The notes under the pieces are model-generated. The model was not told the DNA's origin. It was given only the letters and a program-made list of their open reading frames with translations, and did not search any database. Source: Thermodesulfobacteriota bacterium (GTDB lineage Bacteria > Desulfobacterota > Desulfarculia > JACQYL01). Taken from it: 64,000 bases of DNA. Numbering within the stretch: the stretch's first letter is position 1; every line of letters starts with the position of its first letter. Of this stretch, positions 52,747 through 61,354 are shown one piece after another. The translations under genes and the position numbers were made by a program. The stretch covers positions 4,416,001 to 4,480,000 of the forward strand of contig CAXXLZ010000002.1 of NCBI GenBank assembly GCA_963675595.2, in the 5' to 3' direction.

Positions 52747-53409
52747 TTGAGAAATCTTGTCGTGGTCGGCGCGTCGGGTCACTGCAAAGTCGTTTTGGAT
52801 GCGGTGGAGAAGTCCGATTCGTTCCGAGTCATGGGGCTTCTGGACGCCGGCGGGACGCCGGGGGCGGAGTGGTTCGGCTACAGGATTCTTGGGGCGGAAG
52901 ACCGTCTGCCCGAACTGGTTGCCTCGGAAAATGTGGAGTCCTATGTAGTGGCGGTTGGGGACAACTGGACACGAAGACGGATCGCTTTGTCCATGGAGTC
53001 CATCGCACCGGGACTCCCCATGGCCGCCGTAGTCCATCCGTCCGCTCAGATCGCGAGAGGCGCTCGAATCGAAGAGGGGGCCGTGGTTCTGGCCGGTGCG
53101 GTGATCGGCAGTGATGCTCGAGTCGGCAGGGGATGTATTGTGAACACCCGTGCCTCACTGGACCATGACTCCGTCATGGAGGAATTCGCAAGTCTGGCTC
53201 CGGGAGTCACAGTGGGGGGGAATGTTCGAATAGGGGTCTGTTCCGCGGTTTCCATCGGGGCTCAGGTGATCCACGGTGTCCATATAGGAAACCACACGGT
53301 AATTGGGGCGGGCGCTACGGTACTAAGAGACTTTCCCGACCATTGTATGGCTTGGGGGACGCCTGCACGGGTGATCCGCGGACGGGACGAAGGAGAAAAG
53401 TACCTTTGA
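52747..53409 (+). CDS. NeuD/PglD-family sugar acetyltransferase
   Basis: VGASGH, VAVGDN..R, VHPSA, hexapeptide repeats with LDHD, and GTPARVI. TTG start after GGGAGG. Confidence 0.88.
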   Translation: MRNLVVVGASGHCKVVLDAVEKSDSFRVMGLLDAGGTPGAEWFGYRILGAEDRLPELVASENVESYVVAVGDNWTRRRIALSMESIAPGLPMAAVVHPSAQIARGARIEEGAVVLAGAVIGSDARVGRGCIVNTRASLDHDSVMEEFASLAPGVTVGGNVRIGVCSAVSIGAQVIHGVHIGNHTVIGAGATVLRDFPDHCMAWGTPARVIRGRDEGEKYL

Positions 53410-53600
53410 CCGGGAAATACTACTTTCATCCTCAAGTCGGCACCAGCCGTCAAAGATCGGGATGCGCCGATGGAGGTTCGCCTTCCGTGTCCCTTGAAGC
53501 GGGATTCGTAGGCGACGAAACCATGGGACTGTCGCACATCGTTGAGTCCCCGCCGGTTGCGGAGGAATCTCGGAGCCGCGTCGCAATGGGAGTCGGTAGG

Positions 53601-54491
53601 ATGAAGATCGCGTTCTCGATGATCCTGGTATTGATGTTTCTTTTTCAGGGAGTCCTGCCGTTTGACGCCGGCGCGGGTCAGGCCTATCGGCTGGGACCCG
53701 GGGATGTCCTGCTGATCAGCATTTTTGCCGGTGGGACCGTTCAAGAAAGCGTTGAGGTGGCGGTGAGTTCCCAAGGCGACATCGAGTTTCCTTTTCTGGG
53801 GCCGGTACGGGCCGAGGGGCGCACCGTATCGGAGCTTGCCGAAGCGGTGACCGGACCACTGGAAAGGGACTATTTCGTCCGTCCTCAAGTGCTGATCAAG
53901 GTGAAGGAATACAGGAGCTTCAAGGTTTATGTGGCCGGCGCGGTCGACAGACCCGGATTGTACGTTTTGGAGGAACCGAACACGATTTTGGAGATTTTGG
54001 CCAAAGCGGGCGGCGTCACCGAGCACGGCGGCAATCGAGTGCTGATTCTCAAAGGGTCCGTTGAGGCCGTATCGGGCGAGGCGGATGTGGAGCAGCTGGC
54101 GCGCGATGGGAAAACCGTTTCTTTGGACCTGAAATCCGTCATGGCGCGAGACGGTGCAGGCAAGAACGTCTTCTTGGAGTCCGGAGACGTGGTGTACGTA
54201 CCGCCTAAGACGTCTTCAGAGCCCGGCCGATTCAAGATTTCCGTCCTGGGCCAAGTGAAAAAACCCGGGCTTTATGATTTCCAGGAAGGCATGACGCTGA
54301 TTGACGTGTGCACCATGGCGGGAGGATTCGGTGAGTTCGCGGCGGTCAATCGTGTACTCATCACTCGGAAGTCGTCCGGTGGGACGCAGGAATCCATCGA
54401 AGTGAATGCGAAAAACGTGATTCACGGCGAGGAAAAGGACCCGGTGCTGCAACCCGGCGACCGGGTTTATGTGCCCGAATCGTGGTTCTGA
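53601..54491 (+). CDS. Polysaccharide export (OPX/Wza-like) protein with two SLBB domains
   Basis: YRLGPGDVL.I, G.I.FPFLG.V, VAGAVDRPG, VLGQVKKPG; ends RVYVPESWF. Start assigned at MKIAFS (signal peptide). Confidence 0.88.
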   Translation: MKIAFSMILVLMFLFQGVLPFDAGAGQAYRLGPGDVLLISIFAGGTVQESVEVAVSSQGDIEFPFLGPVRAEGRTVSELAEAVTGPLERDYFVRPQVLIKVKEYRSFKVYVAGAVDRPGLYVLEEPNTILEILAKAGGVTEHGGNRVLILKGSVEAVSGEADVEQLARDGKTVSLDLKSVMARDGAGKNVFLESGDVVYVPPKTSSEPGRFKISVLGQVKKPGLYDFQEGMTLIDVCTMAGGFGEFAAVNRVLITRKSSGGTQESIEVNAKNVIHGEEKDPVLQPGDRVYVPESWF

Positions 54492-54608
54492 TGAACGAAA
54501 CCGGTGACGATTGAGGTATGCGTCGGTTTCGGAATTCGACTGCTCGGGCCACACCGGATTTGCGTGGGCCGCTCGTTCATGGGAAGTCCCCGCCGGAGCA
54601 AGGAGTTC

Positions 54609-57413
54609 ATGATGGGACAAGACAACGCAGAGTGGGACCGGACCGGAGGCGCGGTTTACCCGGACTCGAGGCTTTCGGTACCGGCTTCAACCGGCGGCAG
54701 GCATGCGGCGGACTATTTTTTCCTGCTGCGGTCCCGTCTGACGGTGGTCTGTTCGGTCTTTCTGTTGGTGGTGCTTCTCACGGCTTGGATTACCTATTCC
54801 ACCAAGCCGGTTTATCGCGCGGAAACTCTCATTGCCGTGGAACCGGATATAAGACGTTCTCCCCTTTCGGGCGAACTCACGGACCCTGCGTCCGTATTAT
54901 CGGAACAGGTGATTCTAAGCACCCACGTCGGTATGGTAACGTCGCGCCCGGTACTTGAACGGGTGGCGAAGGATTTCAAGGTAGTTCCCGATCCGCCTTA
55001 CCGGGGTGCCTTGCTCAGTTTGTCCAACGTTTGGCGGCGCATGATGTCGGCTCTCGCGGGAATCTTTGAATCGAGCCCGGAACCGCCTTCGACGAACGGA
55101 CGCGCTTCTTTGGCAGGGGAAGACACTCTCCACGTTTTGAAGGAAAAAATCCACGTAGAGGAAGTGAGAAACACGAGGCTGCTCCGAATCCGGGTGGAGG
55201 ATCATAATCCCGCTGCGGCTCGTGATTTGGCGAATCGATTGGCGGAGGCATACATTGCTTACGACTCGGATATACGCACCGAACGGGCCCGCAAGAGCAT
55301 TGAGTGGCTTTCCAGGGAGTTTACCGACATCGGGAAACGACTTGAGGAGTCCCAAAGCGCTTTTCTAGACTTCAAGGAACGGGAAAGCGTGTTTTCCATT
55401 GAGGGCAAGCAAGGCCTGAGCGAGGACAGGATACGGGAGATGAACGCCGAGCTTCTGGCCGCCGGAAGCAGACGTCGTCAACTGGATACGACGATTCGTG
55501 AACTCGAAGACTTGAGTCGATCCGGAAACCGTTATGAGGCCGAAGGCTTGACCGGGCTCTTTCAGGACAATTTACTGGCGACCCTGCAAGCGGAGCTTGT
55601 GAAGACCGAAGTGGAGCGGGAACGGCTGTCGCAGGTTTATAAGCATAAACATCCCGAGATGGTCAAAGTCGACGCCAAGTTGCAGGAGTTGAGGCGGAGA
55701 ATTGCGGGAAGATTCGAGCAGGTCCTGGAGAACTTGAAATCCGAACGGGCCGCGCTGCTGAACAAAGAGAAGGCCATCAAGGAGGCGCTTTCAGGCTACG
55801 AGGCCGAGGCATTGGCCATGAACCGCAAAGGAGCTCGATACTCCCAACTGGAACAGGAGTTTAGAAGCGACCAGGAACTGGTGAACCTGCTTCGCGCCCG
55901 CATCCGGGAAATGGATCTGGAAAAGAGTGCGCCCCGACCTGTGGTGCGGTTGGTCGAGGCGGCCGAACTGCCCAAAGAACCGGTAAAACCGAATACCGTA
56001 CTGAACCTCCTTCTCGGAGTGGTATTGGGCGGCATGCTGGGAGTGGGCGCCGGATTTATTGCCGAATACCTGGATCGTACCATTCGGGGACTGGATGACG
56101 TGGAGCGTCACCTTGGGGTCGACGTTCTCTCCGAGGTGCCCAGGGTGAAGGGTTCGTCGGACGCAAAGGGAGACGGCACCGGGCCCCGGTTTCCATCCGT
56201 GAGCCGAAAAGGAATCGAACCCAGGTTTGCCGAAGCCTTTCGCAGGCTGGCCTTTCAACTCGGTCCCGACCGGAGACGCTCGGGCTCGGTAGTGCACCTG
56301 ATTTCGAGTTCCGCCGCCATGGAAGGTAAATCCACCGTAGCCCTCAACCTCGGTATGGCCCTCGCTCGGATGGGCCGGAAGACCTTGGTGCTTGAGGCCG
56401 ATCTGCACATGCCGGGATTCGAAGCTCGTCTCGGTTTGGACCCCGGCCCCGGGCTGGCCGAGGTTTTAGGGGAGGTGATGAGGGAGGAGGTCACCGCGGG
56501 AACCCTTCGAACACGCTCTCCCGGAGACCTTCATGTTCTCCTCAGAGCTAGAGGGTGCACGGGCATGTTGATTTATCGGGACGGAGACCAAAGCACCCAA
56601 TTGACATTTATCGACGGATTGCCGGTGAGTCTCAAGCGCTCTCCGGAACTCCCGGAAGCCACGATGACCGGGCTGTTGCTCGCGGCTGGACGAATCAGCC
56701 GGAGCGAAGCAAACGCGGCGGATTCCGTCGGACGCCTTCCAGGACCCACCGTTGAACAACGGCTGATTCAGATGGGAATCCTGACTCCGGAAGAGCTGGC
56801 CGCATTCACGACTCAGATCATCAAAGAGGCTGTTGGGAAGCTGAACGGGGAGTTGGATATTCGGTACGAGTTCAGGCCGGAAGACTCTTTGACCAAGTTC
56901 AAGAACGATCCGTCACTCAACCGATTTTTTCAAAGCATCGAGCAGGAAATGAGATGGAATCCGGGCAAACCGGAGCACCTTCTCAACACCATTCTCGGGT
57001 TTGTTCGTTCATTACCCTACTCGGGAGCGCACATCTTATCCGCAGGAACTCATGACGGCCGACCTTCGGACCTTTTCACGGATGGAAGATTCGAAGCTCT
57101 GCTGGGAATATTGTCCTGGGAGTTCGACCACATCCTGGTGGATACTCCGCCGGTGGGAAACATGAACGACGCCCTGATGATGGCGCCTTTTTGTGACGGC
57201 ATCATCGTGGTCATTCGAGCGGGACGTACCCATGTGGACGAAGTGCTCCGTACACTCAGGGAATTTTCCGTGCCCCGGCCGCGGATCCTGGGCGTTGTGG
57301 TCAATATGATGAATTTCAAAAAGGACCATTACTACTACGGTAGGTATCTGCGCAAATACGACAAGTATTACCGTATGGAATCGAAACGAACGTCCGGAAG
57401 CGAATCCGGATGA
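54609..57413 (+). CDS. Polysaccharide co-polymerase/BY-kinase (Wzc/GumC-like) with inserted domain
   Basis: Wzz N-domain (KPVYRAET), coiled coils with KHPEM, PVKPN plus TM, Walker A EGKS, A' EADL, B VDTPP and Tyr-rich tail. AAGGAG RBS precedes ATG 54609/54612. Confidence 0.9.
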   Translation: MMGQDNAEWDRTGGAVYPDSRLSVPASTGGRHAADYFFLLRSRLTVVCSVFLLVVLLTAWITYSTKPVYRAETLIAVEPDIRRSPLSGELTDPASVLSEQVILSTHVGMVTSRPVLERVAKDFKVVPDPPYRGALLSLSNVWRRMMSALAGIFESSPEPPSTNGRASLAGEDTLHVLKEKIHVEEVRNTRLLRIRVEDHNPAAARDLANRLAEAYIAYDSDIRTERARKSIEWLSREFTDIGKRLEESQSAFLDFKERESVFSIEGKQGLSEDRIREMNAELLAAGSRRRQLDTTIRELEDLSRSGNRYEAEGLTGLFQDNLLATLQAELVKTEVERERLSQVYKHKHPEMVKVDAKLQELRRRIAGRFEQVLENLKSERAALLNKEKAIKEALSGYEAEALAMNRKGARYSQLEQEFRSDQELVNLLRARIREMDLEKSAPRPVVRLVEAAELPKEPVKPNTVLNLLLGVVLGGMLGVGAGFIAEYLDRTIRGLDDVERHLGVDVLSEVPRVKGSSDAKGDGTGPRFPSVSRKGIEPRFAEAFRRLAFQLGPDRRRSGSVVHLISSSAAMEGKSTVALNLGMALARMGRKTLVLEADLHMPGFEARLGLDPGPGLAEVLGEVMREEVTAGTLRTRSPGDLHVLLRARGCTGMLIYRDGDQSTQLTFIDGLPVSLKRSPELPEATMTGLLLAAGRISRSEANAADSVGRLPGPTVEQRLIQMGILTPEELAAFTTQIIKEAVGKLNGELDIRYEFRPEDSLTKFKNDPSLNRFFQSIEQEMRWNPGKPEHLLNTILGFVRSLPYSGAHILSAGTHDGRPSDLFTDGRFEALLGILSWEFDHILVDTPPVGNMNDALMMAPFCDGIIVVIRAGRTHVDEVLRTLREFSVPRPRILGVVVNMMNFKKDHYYYGRYLRKYDKYYRMESKRTSGSESG

Positions 57414-57483
57414 AACGGGCCGATAGGCGAAGGGACCGACCGGTGCCCGGTCGTGACCGGACCCTCGGTTTGCACGGCCGATC

Positions 57484-59136
57484 ATGGGGTCGTCGCCGAG
57501 CTCTTCCGAGTCACTACGTTTATGGCATGCCGACCACCGCTTCCGTATACCGCTGGACGACCACGCCGTGAGAGGAAACGGAAAAGATTTTCCCTACGCA
57601 CCGGTAATGGGACCGTTTCCATTGCCCGCCGCCGCCGTGGCGTGTGCGGCTTGTATCATGACGGTGTGCTTGCTGGCCTTGTGGTCCGAAAGATTCCAAC
57701 ACTGGTTTGTAATTCCTCTGGTCCTCTGTGGAAGTTTGATGGGTGGAGACGCGGTGGCGTGGCTCCGGGGAGAGTTGGATACGCTGGACCCCAAAGGGCT
57801 TGTAGGATTTTTCGGCGTCCATTTCTTCTTCCTTTCACCCCTGTTACACGTATTCTGGGGTTATTGGATGTGGTCCATGGATTCGCCGGAAGACTGGCGG
57901 ACCTGGTTGGGATGGCTGGGCGTCCTCAATGCGGTGGGGATCCTGTGTTATCTCCCCGTGGCAAACAAGATCGCCGAGGGAGTTCCCTACAATCAGGGAC
58001 GAGGTTTCCGGGAAATCGTGGAGCACCGCTTCGTGGTGTGCGCCACGGGCCTCCTCGTGATGTCCGCCGCATTGCAGATCCTGGTTTATTATCGATTGGG
58101 CGGGCCGGCGGGGTACGTGCAGGCGGCCGCACACCGGACGGGCGGCGATTCTTTCCAGGGGTTGGGCTGGTTGGTCATTGCAGCGGAAGTCTTTCCCTTG
58201 GTGGCGCTGATGGCCTTCGCCGTCTGGGCTCGCGGGCGGAGTTGGGTCCGGCGTCGTCCGGTGCTGTTTGTTGCGGCGATCGCTTTTTTTGTCCTGAAAT
58301 TCGCCTTCGGAGGACTCCGCGGAAGCCGGACGAGCACCATCATCGTGCTTGTGTGGTTCGCGGGCATCATCTACTTCTGGGTTCGAAGATTTTCAGCAAA
58401 AACGGTTCTTTTAGGGTTGGGCTGCCTGATCGCTTTCAGTTACGGATACGGTTTTTACAAATCCATGGGAACGGATGCGTTGCAGGCGTTTGGAGACTCA
58501 GGGAAGCGTGAGCGCTTGGTGCGGCAAACGGGCAGGTCCATGCAGGCTCTACTGCTGGGGGATTTGGCCCGAAGCGATGTGCAGGCCTACCTCTTGTACC
58601 GATTGTACGGAGGGGAAAGAAATTATAGGTTCGCATGGGGCAGAACCTATCTGGGAGCGGCGGCGTCCGTGGTGCCTTCGTGGATTTGGCACAATCGCCC
58701 TGAAACCAAGGTCCGAGAAGGGACGGAGATTCAATACGGGATTTATCCCGGAGCTCACACGTCACTCGTGTCCACCCGTCAATATGGGTTTGCGGGTGAG
58801 GCCATGCTCAATTTCGGCCCTGCGGCGGTCCCGATCTTTTTTGCGGCATTCGGAGCCTTTGTCGGCTTACTGAGACGATTTCTGAGAAGCTGGACTTATC
58901 CCGACGCGCGACTTCTGTTTCTGCCGTTTCTTTTGGGATTTCCTTTTGTGCTGTTGCTCGGGGATTCGGACAATTGGGTGGTGCTTTTCGTCAAGGACGG
59001 GATGCTCCCCTTGGCCTTCATGCTGATCTCTTCGCGGCGAATCCCAAGATACATGGAAAGGGCCGGAAGGGAGGCGGGGCTTCGAGAGGAGATAAAAGAG
59101 CACGACAGGCCGGGTCGGAGGCGTAGGATCGGTTGA
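57484..59136 (+). CDS. Wzy-like polysaccharide polymerase
   Basis: About 10 TM segments, GSR motif, periplasmic loop with WGRTY, GEAMLNFG; located in the EPS locus. Start uncertain. Confidence 0.7.
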   Translation: MGSSPSSSESLRLWHADHRFRIPLDDHAVRGNGKDFPYAPVMGPFPLPAAAVACAACIMTVCLLALWSERFQHWFVIPLVLCGSLMGGDAVAWLRGELDTLDPKGLVGFFGVHFFFLSPLLHVFWGYWMWSMDSPEDWRTWLGWLGVLNAVGILCYLPVANKIAEGVPYNQGRGFREIVEHRFVVCATGLLVMSAALQILVYYRLGGPAGYVQAAAHRTGGDSFQGLGWLVIAAEVFPLVALMAFAVWARGRSWVRRRPVLFVAAIAFFVLKFAFGGLRGSRTSTIIVLVWFAGIIYFWVRRFSAKTVLLGLGCLIAFSYGYGFYKSMGTDALQAFGDSGKRERLVRQTGRSMQALLLGDLARSDVQAYLLYRLYGGERNYRFAWGRTYLGAAASVVPSWIWHNRPETKVREGTEIQYGIYPGAHTSLVSTRQYGFAGEAMLNFGPAAVPIFFAAFGAFVGLLRRFLRSWTYPDARLLFLPFLLGFPFVLLLGDSDNWVVLFVKDGMLPLAFMLISSRRIPRYMERAGREAGLREEIKEHDRPGRRRRIG

Positions 59137-59163
59137 AGAGTTGATGGGTTCGGGACCTGCTCC

Positions 59164-59192
59164 TTGACGACGCTTGCCGGGCATTCTATATT
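59164..59192 (+). promoter_or_regulatory. Sigma-70 promoter inside the EPS locus
   Basis: TTGACG-17 nt-TATATT followed by an AT-rich tract. Confidence 0.6.
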
Positions 59193-59360
59193 AATTGATT
59201 AATTATTGCATCATCTGAAACGATAATCGCCGCATCGACGTACTCACCAATAAGCGGCGTCCGAGTGCACAGCCGTAATGCTTAAAGGCCGGCGGTGCCG
59301 AGAAGCCGGCGGAGACTGAGACGACTTCCGTACCATTGGATCGGACACCGAGTGCGCACA

Positions 59361-61046
59361 ATGAGGAACATTCAGGAAAAACTAAGAAAAGGCCGCCGTG
59401 AACCGGCTGCTGCGGGCCTCCTTATGTTGTTGGTCTTGATTTCGGTGTCGGCCGGCGCTCAGGGATGGCCTTCTTCGGACCAGACGCTGAACTACATGGA
59501 AGTGGACCTGTACACCTCCACGTACCCGACCTATTACGACAGAGTCCGAAACGCCCGGATCATTGTGGGTTTTCGAATGAATACCGACTTTCCGGATCCC
59601 ATCGTCACGGATGAGGAGTTCCTAGGGAGTTATACGGAAATTCCGGATCCGCCGGAGACGTTCAAGTCGGCGTACCAGGCCGAGAACCACTTCTCCGATT
59701 TCCTGACTTACTACCAAACCGAGAACCCCGAAACCTTGATCGGTACCTACATATCGGGACGGGATTGTCAGACCTCGGCCACTTATTATCCGGTTGAAAC
59801 CGTCGCCTGCAGCGCGCTGACGGAGTGTTTCGACGATCCCGAAAACCTCGAACCGGGTCGGTACTGGGTGGATATTTCCAAGCAATCCTGCGCCGATCAG
59901 TTTGCCGATCTCATCGTGGCTGAGGCACAGGCCCGCGGGCTTCCCTTCCTCTATCTGGACAACATTATCCATCCCAGCAGCGGAGGCTTGGACGGCACGG
60001 AGATCACTTGGCAGAATATGGTGACTCATCTGCAGACCGTGCGATCTCGTCTAAACGCTCAAAATATTCGATTAGTGGCCAATGTGGCCGGTTCTCCCTG
60101 GTTGTTTTCCCTCAACAGCTACGAGGACGCGGACCTGCTCGACGGCGCGGCTGACGGAATGAGCTTTGAACTGCCGTTTAATCGGCGTTTCGCAAGACCG
60201 TATTTCGATCGGATGATCTCGGGCATGGCGGTTTACAAACGTTGGCTGGCCGACGGCAAACTGATCCTGTTCATCCCCGTGCCGGGTGAGACACAGGAAG
60301 AGCGACTTCAAGAGAAACAATTCATCGCCGCCATGGTCATGTTGATGCGTGATTCGGGACAAGCCGGCTACGTGGACAGTTGGTATTGGACCGATGAGCA
60401 GAATTTCCCTTGGCGATTGTGGCCCGGGAAGTACGGCGCTCCTTCCGGGGCCGCCGAGTCTTTGGTCCAGACGACCTATGGTTGGAAAACCGGCCGTGTT
60501 TTCGCCAACGGCAAGATCGGCGTTCTTCAGGTGAACGCTACCGAAGATAAGAAAAAGACGTTCACGTTGTCCGATGCGTCGTCCTTTACGCTTGTGTCCG
60601 AACCCCTTCAAGGAACCGTCGATATTTCCGCGCTTCCCACGATCAGCTACACGCCGGGCAAGGATTTCGACGGCACGGACGGATTCACCCTTGGGGCGGA
60701 CTGGGATGAAGAGCACCAGATTTTTCGGAATTTATTGGTGGTCAACGTTTATGTTGCGAATTGCGATCCTCCGTTGATTCTCTCTTGGACTTCGACCCCG
60801 CGTGTCTTGCCCATGGAGGGCGGCACCGCCACATTGAGCTGGTTGGTGAGCGATGCCACTTCAACTGTTATCAACCCGGGCGGCGTTTCGGTGAGTCCGT
60901 TGGAGGGGACGTACGATGTAACCGTACCCCGGAACACCAAATACACATTGGTCGCCTCCAACGCTTGTGGGAGCTCGAGTCAGGACGTGGGAGTGGCCGT
61001 GTATTGTCCGCTTACCTGGCTCCCCATTTTGTTGGAAGATGATTGA
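59361..61046 (+). CDS. Secreted protein: putative glycoside-hydrolase-like domain plus cadherin-like and Ig domains
   Basis: Signal peptide ending AGA; LIGTYI, WVDIS, LYLDN, VANV and GMSFE pattern resembles TIM-barrel GH-like proteins; PLQGTV...YTP..DF.GTD.FT is a Big_9-like motif. Confidence 0.6.
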   Translation: MRNIQEKLRKGRREPAAAGLLMLLVLISVSAGAQGWPSSDQTLNYMEVDLYTSTYPTYYDRVRNARIIVGFRMNTDFPDPIVTDEEFLGSYTEIPDPPETFKSAYQAENHFSDFLTYYQTENPETLIGTYISGRDCQTSATYYPVETVACSALTECFDDPENLEPGRYWVDISKQSCADQFADLIVAEAQARGLPFLYLDNIIHPSSGGLDGTEITWQNMVTHLQTVRSRLNAQNIRLVANVAGSPWLFSLNSYEDADLLDGAADGMSFELPFNRRFARPYFDRMISGMAVYKRWLADGKLILFIPVPGETQEERLQEKQFIAAMVMLMRDSGQAGYVDSWYWTDEQNFPWRLWPGKYGAPSGAAESLVQTTYGWKTGRVFANGKIGVLQVNATEDKKKTFTLSDASSFTLVSEPLQGTVDISALPTISYTPGKDFDGTDGFTLGADWDEEHQIFRNLLVVNVYVANCDPPLILSWTSTPRVLPMEGGTATLSWLVSDATSTVINPGGVSVSPLEGTYDVTVPRNTKYTLVASNACGSSSQDVGVAVYCPLTWLPILLEDD

Positions 61047-61354
61047 TGATGATTTCGGCGAATTCCGTGTCGCGCGCGCTTACGGTCGTGTCCTTCCAAC
61101 GGGGATAACGGAAGACAAGTCGTCGTTATTGGGAGACGACTTCAGGATACGGATTCTCCTCTTTTTTCCGGATGTCTTGCCGCACCGGTCGACCCCTCGG
61201 GTGGAGGGCGGCCCTCGTAAGCGGATCACGATCGGGATGCTGAGGCGACCCGTCGCCGGAGTCCGATGTCCCGGCCGGATGCCGCCGTCTTCCGGGAAAG
61301 TTTGCCCCGGTTCCCTCGGAATGGACACCCAAACGGTTTTCCGGACCACAAACC

